Shown here in pieces: positions 48,735 through 59,114 of a stretch of 64,000 bases of DNA; position 1 is the first letter of the stretch; each line of letters opens with the position of its first letter. The notes under the pieces are model-generated. The model ran no database searches, had not been told where the DNA came from, and was given only the letters and a program-made list of their open reading frames with translations. The stretch is taken from the IMG/VR virus record IMGVR_UViG_3300025161_000004, positions 62,001-126,000 of that record, one strand, 5' to 3'. Position numbers and translations under genes: made by a program.

Positions 48735-50141
48735 TTATAAATATTTTTTTAGCTCTTCTTTAGCTTTTTCCCAATCATCCATAACTTTATAAATTTTATC
48801 TACACTACCGTCAGGAAATATTTTAACGATCAAAATTTTCTCATTATCACTTCCTATTGGATGATATGTTGTTCTTAATGCTATTCTTTTATCTTCATGA
48901 CCTGCAGGTATCCAGTTTCCTTTTTGGTCATAATTTAATGTTAATGGCTTAAAATCATCCATTTCAAATAATGGTTCATTATGTAATAATTCTGAATCAA
49001 TTCTTAGTGGATTTGCAGGATAATCTAATCCACCATCATATTTTGAAACATTTGTATCTTCAGTATCAACAGAATTATCCAAATATGCTCTATCAAAGTC
49101 AACAACAGAATCTACATTTTCCTTAAATAAGCCATCTTTTTTTTCCAAAGAATTTACTGAATCATTTGATGATACATTAACCCCTCTGTTTTTTAAATCT
49201 TTAACAAGTGATTTTTTATAATTTTCATTATCCTTGGTATAATCACCATCTATACTTGATGTTGTATCGTTAGTTTCTTTTAACATGCCGTGTTTCAATA
49301 GCAATTTTCTTGCCTCTTCTTTAGACATTCCACCCATAATAGTAGCCATAGCATCACTCATTTTCATAGTTTTCTTAGCTACCATTAATTGATTATATAG
49401 TGCAGGATTTGATGATTTTATTTTTTCTAATTTACTATTCGCTTCATTCATTGATTCACCAATTATATTACCATAATCATCTACAAGCGATACATTTCCA
49501 TGATCAGAAATAAACCAAGTATTAGGATAGAAGTTATTTCTTTTTTTCCATTCTCTCACAGCAGCAAATGCTTTGTCATCCTCATCAAACTTACCAATAA
49601 ATTTACCACCACATGACACCGACAATTCCCATCCATTAGAACTGATTATACAATCATCTTCCTCTGGTTTTGTTGGTAATGAATTATTACTATAGTCATC
49701 AATTTCGTCTATTGAATTATCCATTTCTTTATCTGCTACAATATTCCCTGATTTTTCATCCTTCCAATTCAAATATTTTTCATTACCTTTTACACCCCAA
49801 GTATTTGGTGATTCAAGACCATTTACTAAATAACCATCATCACCAAATTTTTTTGTAAACTTTTTAACCCAATTATCGAAATCCATTTCGGTTGAAATCT
49901 GGGTATATTCCATTGGATTATCTGGTGATGGAAAATATTCTTTGTTTAAAGATACCTTGTATGTTTTACCATCACTAGATGTTTGTAATATGAATTCAAT
50001 ACCAATCTTTTCTGGTGTAATATCTTTAATCGAAACAATCCTGCCTTTAGGTATACCTGATTCATTAAGAGTAACTTTATTTACTCTTGACATCATTTCA
50101 AATAATCTTTGTTTTGAGCCTGACTTATTATATATTTTCAT
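48735..50141 (-). CDS. Hypothetical multi-segment protein, candidate head-internal polyprotein
   Basis: 'KQRLFEMM.RVN..LNE' N-terminus and recurring hydrophobic-x-E linkers between short domains. Confidence 0.65.
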   Translation of the reverse strand: MKIYNKSGSKQRLFEMMSRVNKVTLNESGIPKGRIVSIKDITPEKIGIEFILQTSSDGKTYKVSLNKEYFPSPDNPMEYTQISTEMDFDNWVKKFTKKFGDDGYLVNGLESPNTWGVKGNEKYLNWKDEKSGNIVADKEMDNSIDEIDDYSNNSLPTKPEEDDCIISSNGWELSVSCGGKFIGKFDEDDKAFAAVREWKKRNNFYPNTWFISDHGNVSLVDDYGNIIGESMNEANSKLEKIKSSNPALYNQLMVAKKTMKMSDAMATIMGGMSKEEARKLLLKHGMLKETNDTTSSIDGDYTKDNENYKKSLVKDLKNRGVNVSSNDSVNSLEKKDGLFKENVDSVVDFDRAYLDNSVDTEDTNVSKYDGGLDYPANPLRIDSELLHNEPLFEMDDFKPLTLNYDQKGNWIPAGHEDKRIALRTTYHPIGSDNEKILIVKIFPDGSVDKIYKVMDDWEKAKEELKKYL

Positions 50142-50185
50142 TATTTACTGAGTTTTACTTTTCACTAGATTATTTATAGTATTAT

Positions 50186-50953
50186 TTATTCTATATGTGA
50201 GGTGGATTCTGTTATTGAATTAGACTTTTTTTCTGTACCTTCATAATAAAGAAAACTATCTCTAATCTCTTTGTCACTTAATTTTGGTAAGTTGTCAAAA
50301 TCTGCTATATATGTACCATCATCAAGTTTTATAATACCCTTTTCATTGTATTGATCTCTTCTCGCTTCAAACCAATTACCTTTCCACAGATCATTTAGAT
50401 TATAATAAAATGGATGTGAATCTTGTTTTCTCGACATTAATTTTTCTTGGTTGGTAGGTTCTCTTACTTCTTCAACTTCCTTATTTAGTTGTTGATATTT
50501 ATAATCTAAATTCTTGAATAAAGAATCAAGCTCTTTTACTTTTTCATTTAATTTTTTTATAATATCTAGCTGTAAAGCTAATAAATCAGTTTGTTTTTTA
50601 TCAATGTCGGTTGAATCAGATGGGATTAATGATTCTGATGACACCGATTGTGTGTCTACTGTTAGTGAATCACCAGTATTAATTGTATCCGTTGTATCTA
50701 ATGGTGTTTCAGTAGTACCTGTAGGAGTATTTTCAATATTAGACTCACTATCTTCACTTACAATCGAATCAAAAATATTCGTATTATTAGGTGTTTGAGG
50801 CTGTACACCACTATATATTGACTTTGAAAGAACGTCATTATCAACACTATTTAATTCATCAGATAAAATAGCTTTATAACTCGCCTCTTTAAGCGGATAT
50901 TTAGAGATATATCTGATCCTATCAATATGTTCCTGTAGGGTCTTACGACTCAT
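50186..50953 (-). CDS. Hypothetical acidic coiled-coil protein
   Basis: Likely start MSRKTLQE at 50953; low-complexity acidic middle; coiled coil; 'PT..EKL..R..DSHPF'. Confidence 0.7.
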   Translation of the reverse strand: MSRKTLQEHIDRIRYISKYPLKEASYKAILSDELNSVDNDVLSKSIYSGVQPQTPNNTNIFDSIVSEDSESNIENTPTGTTETPLDTTDTINTGDSLTVDTQSVSSESLIPSDSTDIDKKQTDLLALQLDIIKKLNEKVKELDSLFKNLDYKYQQLNKEVEEVREPTNQEKLMSRKQDSHPFYYNLNDLWKGNWFEARRDQYNEKGIIKLDDGTYIADFDNLPKLSDKEIRDSFLYYEGTEKKSNSITESTSHIE

Positions 50954-50964
50954 AATTATATAAA

Positions 50965-51144
50965 TCAATATTGCTCTCTTAATAATTGTTTTCCGTCTTC
51001 TGTAATAAATATTTTATCAATTCTTTCGATTAAACCCTCACGTTCTTTTATAATAACCTCTTTGTTATTTACCTTAGTCTTTTTAGGCTTTTTTTGGGAA
51101 TTATCACCCAAAAACTGATCTAATATGTTTTCTTTATTTTCCAT
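50965..51144 (-). CDS. Small hypothetical protein (59 aa, MENKENILDQFLG...EGLIERIDKIFITEDGKQLLREQY)
   Basis: Read by hand; fills the gap exactly; GTATTTATA motif at 51160-51169 just upstream; absent from the ORF track. Confidence 0.75.
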   Translation of the reverse strand: MENKENILDQFLGDNSQKKPKKTKVNNKEVIIKEREGLIERIDKIFITEDGKQLLREQY

Positions 51145-51175
51145 AGTAGTATATTTTTTTATAAATACTTAGTAT

Positions 51176-51823
51176 TTACTCATTTGATAAAAAAACAGGC
51201 ATGTATCGCTTTAAATTGTCAAAATTAGGTAATTTTTTATAGTAAAATTGATACTTCGAACCATCGACATCGTCAATATATTGGAATGATCTGTTTTGTA
51301 ATTCTGTTTTTATTTTTTCGATATCAAAATCAAAGTAATCATATATTCTTAAATCTATTCCCATAATTTTATTATCACAAAGAACATATGCCATATCATT
51401 TTTATAAATATAACTATAAACCCTTTTTAATGTTAATAAATCTCTAACATCAGTTTTTGGAAGCATGTTGATTAATTCCTCCACAGATTCAATGGCAAAA
51501 AATACTGGGTCTATATTAATATATGTGTATTTACTATTAAAATAAAATTTAGGTACTTGCTGTACAAATTCATCCACTTTACTAATGTGTCCATGCTTAT
51601 CTTCATTAAATGCGTATGCCCAATATAATGTGTTTGAAATTATTTTATTATCAAGAATGGATACATCATCAACGACCTTCTTTACTAATTTCCATCCAAC
51701 GATAAGAGTTGGTAATTTGAAACTCATATCAATATTGTCAATACCCTTAATATATTCGATATACTCAAGAGGTTCGTGATTAACTAATTCATCTGTATAA
51801 TATATTCTTGCTAATTTAATCAT
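51176..51823 (-). CDS. Hypothetical protein (215 aa)
   Basis: 'LPTLIVGW' motif; no function recognised. Confidence 0.7.
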   Translation of the reverse strand: MIKLARIYYTDELVNHEPLEYIEYIKGIDNIDMSFKLPTLIVGWKLVKKVVDDVSILDNKIISNTLYWAYAFNEDKHGHISKVDEFVQQVPKFYFNSKYTYINIDPVFFAIESVEELINMLPKTDVRDLLTLKRVYSYIYKNDMAYVLCDNKIMGIDLRIYDYFDFDIEKIKTELQNRSFQYIDDVDGSKYQFYYKKLPNFDNLKRYMPVFLSNE

Positions 51824-52076
51824 TTAAATCCGAATTTATATGTTTAAACAAATAATCAACACTCCTCTCAACTTCATTATATAATTCATTATGCTCTTTC
51901 TCGAACTTTCTATATATTCTATCATTTTCTAAATCTTCAATCGAATCTTTTTTTATATGTGTGTACATATAATAATTATAGGTTACATATCTCGCAATAT
52001 CATAAATTAATCGTTTATCACCACTAACCAACTTATTAATTGCATCTTGTAGTTCAGTAGGTGATTTAATAATCAT
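51816..52076 (-). CDS. Hypothetical protein (86 aa)
   Basis: Overlaps the next start by 8 nt. Confidence 0.6.
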   Translation of the reverse strand: MIIKSPTELQDAINKLVSGDKRLIYDIARYVTYNYYMYTHIKKDSIEDLENDRIYRKFEKEHNELYNEVERSVDYLFKHINSDLND

Positions 52077-52131
52077 AAATTATTAAAATAATAATTTATC
52101 TTATTCGAATTTAATTTCATTTTTTTTAAAC

Positions 52132-53160
52132 TCAATCAATATATCTATTATAAAACAATCCCATAATCCTTTCCGCAGATTTACCGTCTCCATATGGTGA
52201 TTCTTGATTAACTACATAATCATTTATGTGTTCTTCAAAAACTAATTGAAGCAGACTTGGTTCTTTAACTAAGAAAGATGTATATCCAAGTGCTTCTGGT
52301 CTTTCTGTAGTTTTCCTACATACTAAGCACTTCTTGTTTAAGAAAGAACATTCTTCCTGAATCCCACCGCTATCAGTAATAACTAATTTACATTTAATTA
52401 ATAAATTAAGTAAATTTTCATGACTTAATGGTTCAACGACTTCAATTTTTTTTAATAAATACTTGTATTTTTGTACATTAGGATTAGGGTGAATAGGCAT
52501 TATAAACCTATAATAAGGATATTTTTCAGCTAAATTATTTAGTTCAGTAAACCATTGATCCATAATATCATGATTTTCACGTCTATGCATCGTGATTAAT
52601 ATAATATCGTCATATTCACATTTTTCTTTATACCCCAATAAACTATCTAATGCAGTATTACCAACAATATATGCATTTTTGGTTATATTTTCGCTTCTTA
52701 AATTATTTAATGATTCTAATGTCGGGCATAAGTGGATATCGGCAATCTCAGATATTAATCTTCTATTAACTTCCTCAGGAAAGGGATTTTCTTTATCATA
52801 TGTTCTTAATCCAGCTTCAAGATGAATAACTTTTACTTTATTATAAAATGCAGATAAAGCAGCAGCAACTGCCGATGTTGTATCACCTTGAACTAATACA
52901 TGTGTAAATGATTTATCATTTCTTAAAATATTTGATATACCATCCATAACAGATATATACACATTCGTCAATCTGTCATCGATAATAATATCTTTTATTT
53001 GTAAAAAATAATTAGCTAAAATTTTTTCATTTTTTAAAATTTCATGTTGACCTGTTGCGACAATTTTAAATTGAATTCTATTTTGTTTAGATAGAATATC
53101 TACTAACGATTTAATCTTAATCCATTCTGGTCTTGTCCCAAATACAATCAATAATTTCAT
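52132..53160 (-). CDS. wecB: UDP-N-acetylglucosamine 2-epimerase (non-hydrolysing)
   Basis: 'GTRPE.IK', 'TGQH', 'VQGDT', 'HLEAGLRT....PFPEE.NR', 'HRREN', 'TDSGGIQEE', 'TERPE', 'PYGDG'. Confidence 0.95.
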   Translation of the reverse strand: MKLLIVFGTRPEWIKIKSLVDILSKQNRIQFKIVATGQHEILKNEKILANYFLQIKDIIIDDRLTNVYISVMDGISNILRNDKSFTHVLVQGDTTSAVAAALSAFYNKVKVIHLEAGLRTYDKENPFPEEVNRRLISEIADIHLCPTLESLNNLRSENITKNAYIVGNTALDSLLGYKEKCEYDDIILITMHRRENHDIMDQWFTELNNLAEKYPYYRFIMPIHPNPNVQKYKYLLKKIEVVEPLSHENLLNLLIKCKLVITDSGGIQEECSFLNKKCLVCRKTTERPEALGYTSFLVKEPSLLQLVFEEHINDYVVNQESPYGDGKSAERIMGLFYNRYID

Positions 53161-53948
53161 ATCATATCACTAATTATTTCAGGTAAATCCCCATCAAATT
53201 TAATTGCTTTAGACCAAGCAGATGGGTTTACTAAATGTAAATTTACACTATCTTCATTCCATTTTAACCAAACATTATTATACCATTTTTCTTTATTAAA
53301 ATCATTAGTATGACCCCAAGTATTGATTTTTTGCAGTAATTCTTCGTTAGATAACACATATGACCCATGATAACAAATTGCTACTTCATTTGGAATTAAA
53401 ATACTGTTAATCGAATCAACACCATTATTCTTAAAAGGTCTTCTCTTTGATTGGAATCTAACACCGTTCTTTAAGTTAATACAAAATTCAGGATAACCTG
53501 TTATTTTATTGCCCGAAGAATCGAGCAAAATATAATTAAATGATTTCCAAAAACAATACCAACCAATCTTATAAAGGTCAAAATTAGGATGTTTTCTTAT
53601 AAAGTTTTTTATTTTTATCCATGATTCATTAAAATAAAATTCATCCGCATCATGAATTATTAAATAATCAATACCATCTGATAATGCTAAATCAACACAA
53701 GCATTTCTTTGATCTTCTTCTCTTGCCCAAACACCTTCAATAATTTTTATTTTATCAATGAACGCTGAATCCTTGATTTGTTTCAAATCAAAAGAATTTT
53801 TATATATCTTCTTAGCATTTGGATTATAATCCCAAGGTTTATCACTATATGCAACATAAATTATATCTACATGCGGATATGCATTTTCAATGTTTCGCAT
53901 AATCCATTTATCTTGACCAAACAATAATACATGTGTAGCTATTTTCAT
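53157..53948 (-). CDS. GT-A fold glycosyltransferase-like
   Basis: 'QRN...DYLIIHDADEF' DxD motif; 'H.SYV......KI..WGH'. Confidence 0.7.
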   Translation of the reverse strand: MKIATHVLLFGQDKWIMRNIENAYPHVDIIYVAYSDKPWDYNPNAKKIYKNSFDLKQIKDSAFIDKIKIIEGVWAREEDQRNACVDLALSDGIDYLIIHDADEFYFNESWIKIKNFIRKHPNFDLYKIGWYCFWKSFNYILLDSSGNKITGYPEFCINLKNGVRFQSKRRPFKNNGVDSINSILIPNEVAICYHGSYVLSNEELLQKINTWGHTNDFNKEKWYNNVWLKWNEDSVNLHLVNPSAWSKAIKFDGDLPEIISDMI

Positions 53949-54772
53949 AAATTACTATTATATGGTATCATTAATTTTCTATCAATTCCATAAGTAATAT
54001 TTTTATTTATCTCATTCATAACATTATGTTCACATATATATTCAGAAAATAAATTTTCAAATTCAACTAATTTGTCTATATGTACACATACATGATCTGA
54101 TGGATAATAATAATCAAGATAAAAAATATAATAATTCATTTTTCTTAAAAATGTCGCTAAATCAAAACAACTATTACCAGTTTTTCTCATCTGATTTTCC
54201 TCAAATTCAATGATTATTACTGGCTTATCTCTCTCTATTGTTCTTAATCCACCCATTAAAACATTTATTTCATATCCCTGAACATCAATCTTGATTAAAT
54301 CAATTTTCGGTAATTCATATGAATCTAACGGTCTTGAACGTATCCCGTCAATAGAGTTACTATCAACTATAGTAGGTGTAAAATTACCCATATTACATAT
54401 TTCTGATGATTTAATATATGGTAGTTTCACTTTACCATTCACATCTGAACACGCCTCATTATATATTATTACATTTTCAATTTTATTATGTTTTATATTA
54501 TTACTTAATAAAGTAAAATTCTGTATCTGCGGTTCAAAAGAATATATATAACCTTTATTCTTAACTATTTCAGAAAAAAATAATGTATGATACCCAAAAT
54601 TCGCACCAATATCAACAATATTATTTATATCATATTTTTCACTATATTTCTTTACAAATTCTAATATATGTGCTTCCCATTTTTTATTTTGCCCAATTGA
54701 ATTACTTGCCATAACATCATTCTCATAATATTCAATATAAAATTTTTGATGTTTTACTATTTTAGTTTTCAT
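53945..54772 (-). CDS. FkbM-family methyltransferase
   Basis: 'DIGANFGYHT', 'FEP', 'IKIDVQGYE..VL.G', 'PVIIIE'. Confidence 0.9.
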   Translation of the reverse strand: MKTKIVKHQKFYIEYYENDVMASNSIGQNKKWEAHILEFVKKYSEKYDINNIVDIGANFGYHTLFFSEIVKNKGYIYSFEPQIQNFTLLSNNIKHNKIENVIIYNEACSDVNGKVKLPYIKSSEICNMGNFTPTIVDSNSIDGIRSRPLDSYELPKIDLIKIDVQGYEINVLMGGLRTIERDKPVIIIEFEENQMRKTGNSCFDLATFLRKMNYYIFYLDYYYPSDHVCVHIDKLVEFENLFSEYICEHNVMNEINKNITYGIDRKLMIPYNSNL

Positions 54773-55725
54773 TAACTTAAAAAAATTTGTTTGAATTTAT
54801 TCATTACCTTTTCTGGTGTATAATTATGATAACAATTCCAAGAAATCTTTTTCTGTAAAAATTCTGGATTTATCAATAAATTTAATAATTCACTCTGACT
54901 ATTATAGTATATTCCATTATTACCGAGAATATCAAAATGTGCTTTATCGATAGCATTTCTACATGTTAATATTGGTTTATTTCTAGTTGAGAACTCACCA
55001 ATAGCCAATCCAAATGATTCACCCTTATGTCTTGCATGTATCATTGCATCACATGTATTTATGAATTTAACTTTCGTATATAAATCAGCAGTACCGTCTA
55101 AATATATGATATTTTTATATTTAGAATCACTAAATCTTTGAGTGTTCATAAATAAAAAATACAAATCAGGTTTTTTTATTGCTGCTTGTTTCACTGCTTC
55201 TTTAGCATAGGCAATATCAAACGTTTCATAGCCACCATATCTACCATAAACAATAGCATTATCTGGTATATTAAGTTCTTGACGCATATTATCATTATGT
55301 TCTGGTAAGTCTATCATATGTGGTACAAATGGATGACGATAACCATATAACCTACTCAACCATTCAGAAACATATGCATATACATTTCCGTGTGGTTCTT
55401 CATATTGGAAAACAGCATGTACTACTGTTTTATGTTTTTTTGAAATAACATCATCAATATAACCTGCCTTAAGAGTGTAAAATACGTCAGCCCGATAAGC
55501 ATCTAAGATTTCTTCTATTTGTTTTACATTATCATAAAAAATAACATCAAATCTATTTTTAAATTTTTCAATAGCTTTTTCATTAGAATATCTCCAAATA
55601 CTGGGATTCTTAGTTAGAATTATACTTTTATTGCCAAGTAATACTTCATTATGATGTGCATAATCATACATGGCAACCTCAGTACCTCTTAATGATAGTT
55701 GATTAGTGTGAAATACAATATTCAT
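54772..55725 (-). CDS. GT-B fold glycosyltransferase
   Basis: 'RGTEVAMYDYA', 'GRYGG', 'CDAMIHAR..GESFGLAIGE'. Confidence 0.8.
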   Translation of the reverse strand: MNIVFHTNQLSLRGTEVAMYDYAHHNEVLLGNKSIILTKNPSIWRYSNEKAIEKFKNRFDVIFYDNVKQIEEILDAYRADVFYTLKAGYIDDVISKKHKTVVHAVFQYEEPHGNVYAYVSEWLSRLYGYRHPFVPHMIDLPEHNDNMRQELNIPDNAIVYGRYGGYETFDIAYAKEAVKQAAIKKPDLYFLFMNTQRFSDSKYKNIIYLDGTADLYTKVKFINTCDAMIHARHKGESFGLAIGEFSTRNKPILTCRNAIDKAHFDILGNNGIYYNSQSELLNLLINPEFLQKKISWNCYHNYTPEKVMNKFKQIFLS

Positions 55726-56366
55726 TATTTTAATATTTTACATAAAATAAAATCACCACCATTATTCCATTTATCTTCTCTGATATGTTGTTCATATACT
55801 ATTTCGGTATTACATAACATTTTTAAATGTTCATAAAACGGATAATGAGATGCATCATCAATTAAAACAAAAGTACCATCTTTGAATCTATTAAAACAAT
55901 GAAGAAAAGCTAAACTTCTACCGTTACCATGAGGGCCATCCACAATAACTAAATCTATTGTTTCAGGTAACATACTTTCATTAATCTTATAGAATGTATT
56001 TTTTTGTCTTGTATGTGACGGAGTTAATTTATCTCTCATTTTAGATTCATCATATTTTTTATTAATAAACATACTTTCAAACGTATTATCGTCAGTATCA
56101 ACCAACGATATGATACTAAGAAGTAAGTTCTCATCGTGTCCTTTATATGCATATTCTATTGAATCATCAAAAGAGTAAATTTTAAAACGAGATGAATGTA
56201 TGGTATTAAAATCAATTAAAAACTCTGTCGATATTCCAGATCCAAACTCAACGATATTTAATTCTCTATCATTATTTTTTGATAAAAAATCATATAGTAA
56301 TTCAAATTCTTTTCTGGATAAACCCCAACCATCATTCTTATATTTTTCTAAATTCACCATATACAA
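55725..56366 (-). CDS. Class I SAM-dependent methyltransferase-like
   Basis: 'VEFGSGIST', 'DLVIVDGP..GR', 'LIDD'. Confidence 0.75.
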   Translation of the reverse strand: MYMVNLEKYKNDGWGLSRKEFELLYDFLSKNNDRELNIVEFGSGISTEFLIDFNTIHSSRFKIYSFDDSIEYAYKGHDENLLLSIISLVDTDDNTFESMFINKKYDESKMRDKLTPSHTRQKNTFYKINESMLPETIDLVIVDGPHGNGRSLAFLHCFNRFKDGTFVLIDDASHYPFYEHLKMLCNTEIVYEQHIREDKWNNGGDFILCKILK

Positions 56367-57076
56367 GTTTTATTTAATGTTTCTGCACCTTTAAGATAGT
56401 TTCTGGTCAATTTTAATCCTAACATTTTATCAAGTGTTGATCCAATATCAATATATGTATTTTTCTTATTAAATTTCCAAAACTCATATGTTATTATATT
56501 TGCAAGAGGACCTGCGGCAATTAAATATATGTAGTTATTCATATTATATTCACTAATATCCATCATCAATTTTTGGATTAACTGGCTACTGTTAACCCAT
56601 GCATCTATCCCTATTGGATAGAATTGTTCAACGTTAAATGGTAAATTTTCAGGTTTACTTTTATTATTTGCTATCAAAATTATTTTTTTCTCTTTTAATA
56701 CAGGAATTAATTCTGAAAGAAAATATTTATAATTCGAATTAACAAATATATTAGCCCAAGTTAAATTTTCTTCTGGTTGACCAGATAATTTTTTCATATA
56801 TTCAAATTTTTCTTTACCAACACAACATCGACACGCAATACCTATATAATAATTATCATCTACATACTTATATGAGTTTAACAAAATTTCACGCATCTTA
56901 ACATGTATTTGGCTTTTTGGGTCATACATAAATTCACCATCACCTTTATGTCTAATATCAATAAATTTATTCTCAAGAATCATTAATTCACCATCACCCC
57001 ATCTTGACAATGCAAAATGTTCATTATTTTTTAGTTTATTTAAAAAATGATCAAAATCGCCCTTAAACGTTTTCAT
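56354..57076 (-). CDS. GT-D fold (DUF1792-like) glycosyltransferase-like protein
   Basis: 'SRWGDGE', 'AAGPLA', 'IDIGS' motifs; likely start MKTFK at 57076. Confidence 0.55.
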   Translation of the reverse strand: MKTFKGDFDHFLNKLKNNEHFALSRWGDGELMILENKFIDIRHKGDGEFMYDPKSQIHVKMREILLNSYKYVDDNYYIGIACRCCVGKEKFEYMKKLSGQPEENLTWANIFVNSNYKYFLSELIPVLKEKKIILIANNKSKPENLPFNVEQFYPIGIDAWVNSSQLIQKLMMDISEYNMNNYIYLIAAGPLANIITYEFWKFNKKNTYIDIGSTLDKMLGLKLTRNYLKGAETLNKTCIW

Positions 57077-57077
57077 A

Positions 57078-57707
57078 TTATTTAACAAATTTCGATATTA
57101 TAAATCCACAATTACTTACGCTATCTTTTAATGGGGTTCTTTCAATAAATTTTGTTACTTTAGCATCTGCCCATGATCTAGCAATTTCACATTGGGGTGG
57201 TTTTACTGTGAAGTAATCATGACTCCATATAATAAAATCATTTTGTGCATTTTTCTCCATTAATTCAAGTTCTGTTTTCACATGATGATATTCATGATTA
57301 CCATCTTGAATAATGAAGTCAAAATCAAACGATTTACTTAAAAAATTCAATGAATTATCAATTACTCTCTTAAAATTTTTACTATGTAATTTATCATATT
57401 CTAATCGTTCCATTATATCAAGTAATGTCACTTCACCATAACCATTCATATCCACAGCTTGTAGTACATGATTAGTTGTACCTCTACCAAGGTAATTACC
57501 GATTTCAAGTATATGTCTAGGTTTAAGATATCGAATTATCACATATATAAATTTCCCTTCACTTTCCCATGCAGAACCACTCGGTTCTTCAGGATATCCA
57601 CTATACTTTGATTCATCATAATATTTAACAAAATCATCCAATGATATTCCAAATAGCTTATTAGTGGCATCAAAATAAGATTTAATAAAGTCTTGTTTTT
57701 TATCCAT
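57078..57707 (-). CDS. Class I SAM-dependent methyltransferase-like (Methyltransf_24-type)
   Basis: 'ILEIG...G', 'DFIIQDGNHEY..V..E', 'HD'; likely start MDKKQ at 57707. Confidence 0.7.
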   Translation of the reverse strand: MDKKQDFIKSYFDATNKLFGISLDDFVKYYDESKYSGYPEEPSGSAWESEGKFIYVIIRYLKPRHILEIGNYLGRGTTNHVLQAVDMNGYGEVTLLDIMERLEYDKLHSKNFKRVIDNSLNFLSKSFDFDFIIQDGNHEYHHVKTELELMEKNAQNDFIIWSHDYFTVKPPQCEIARSWADAKVTKFIERTPLKDSVSNCGFIISKFVK

Positions 57708-57723
57708 AATTTTATTATTTATT

Positions 57724-58386
57724 TTAATCAACCCATCCTCTATTACCAGCATTTTTATGAGTATATCCCATTAATTCTGATAATGTTATATTATAATTAT
57801 AATCAGTATGTATATATTTTTTTTCTAATACATTTAATTTTTTATCATTTATAACACTATATAAAAATACTTCTGGTGATATTGAATTTCTAATATCTCT
57901 ATGAATATTATTTTCATCATTAAAAAGTTTTAAATTACCAAAAACCTCTTCAGCACCATTTTTAGAAATAAAAAACACTTCCATCAAATAATAATTATCA
58001 CCGTATAATGTTGTTGGTAATGGCTTACGACATATAGCATCATATTTTTTGTTAATAATTAAATTTATATTGTCATAAAATACTTTTTTTGCATTTTCAG
58101 TGTTAACTAAAGAGACATCATCATGAGAAAAAATAATAACATCTGGATTATATTTTATTGATGCTTGCATTGTAGTGATACAGCCATTAACGCAGCCTAT
58201 TTTATGTGATATTCCTTCAAACTTTATATATTCAATATTACTAAACTGTTTTAACGTTTCTTTTGGGTTCTGATTATTATATCCGATAATAGAATATGAA
58301 TCAGGAAATAATTCTTTTTCTATTTTCACCGTATTGTAGAGTGTATTAAATCTATTATAAACATTATGTGCGAATACTATTCTCAT
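57724..58386 (-). CDS. GT-A-like glycosyltransferase
   Basis: 'HNVYNR' N-terminus, 'IIFSHDD'; cluster context. Confidence 0.5.
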   Translation of the reverse strand: MRIVFAHNVYNRFNTLYNTVKIEKELFPDSYSIIGYNNQNPKETLKQFSNIEYIKFEGISHKIGCVNGCITTMQASIKYNPDVIIFSHDDVSLVNTENAKKVFYDNINLIINKKYDAICRKPLPTTLYGDNYYLMEVFFISKNGAEEVFGNLKLFNDENNIHRDIRNSISPEVFLYSVINDKKLNVLEKKYIHTDYNYNITLSELMGYTHKNAGNRGWVD

Positions 58387-58387
58387 G

Positions 58388-59113
58388 TTAATTATTAACT
58401 ATTTTCCAACCTCTTTTAATACATTCAATTACAATTGAATCTCTTAATGGGATATGAGATTTCATCAACCATGATGCATTTTTATCACTACCAACAGTTC
58501 GACCATACTCAGGAACACAACTCCAAATATTTCTGTTATTTTCTGGATGAGGAGGAACATATGTGTTTATATTAGCATATTTTTGTAATAAATATGAAAA
58601 CATGATATCTTCTCCATTATCCCACGATACTGGTTGTTCATACCATAAATATTTTGCCCATTCCTGCTTAAAAAACCAACAATGACCGACTAAATCTACT
58701 CTTTCAATGTTATTACTATGTATACCATTCCAACCAAATTTTACATGTCCACTATATGATTTACTACTATTAAGTAATACACCACTTGCACCGTATAATC
58801 CTTCATTCTTTTCAATACACTCCACACAATTTTTAAACCAATCTTTATATGGTAGAATATCATCATCAAATATTGCAACATATTTTGTTTTACATAACAA
58901 TGAAATTGTAAATCTTCCATAAAATTTGGTATTCCAATTACATTGATAAGTTTTTATTTTTTTATCTGTTGGAAGTTGTTGTGGAACATCACCATTATTA
59001 TACCATACATGAATATTTTCACTCAAAACGGGTATTGATTGATTTTTTATTGCTTGAATCTGTTGCTCAAGTTTATCTGGTCTTTTATATACATTTAAAA
59101 TTACGCTAATCAT
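58388..59113 (-). CDS. GT2-like glycosyltransferase
   Basis: 'ISVILNVYKRP', 'IFDDD', 'GEDI'. Confidence 0.75.
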   Translation of the reverse strand: MISVILNVYKRPDKLEQQIQAIKNQSIPVLSENIHVWYNNGDVPQQLPTDKKIKTYQCNWNTKFYGRFTISLLCKTKYVAIFDDDILPYKDWFKNCVECIEKNEGLYGASGVLLNSSKSYSGHVKFGWNGIHSNNIERVDLVGHCWFFKQEWAKYLWYEQPVSWDNGEDIMFSYLLQKYANINTYVPPHPENNRNIWSCVPEYGRTVGSDKNASWLMKSHIPLRDSIVIECIKRGWKIVNN

Positions 59114-59114
59114 A

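Larger units (their letters stand above)
2608..51169 (-). promoter_or_regulatory. Dispersed motif (A)GTATTTAT(A) on the coding strand, candidate phage late promoter
   Basis: Intergenic copies at about 2608, 5001, 9271, 12345, 13114, 14221, 15727, 28126, 28517, 28934, 35086, 47233, 48667 and 51160, mostly 10-30 nt before an ATG. Confidence 0.65.
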
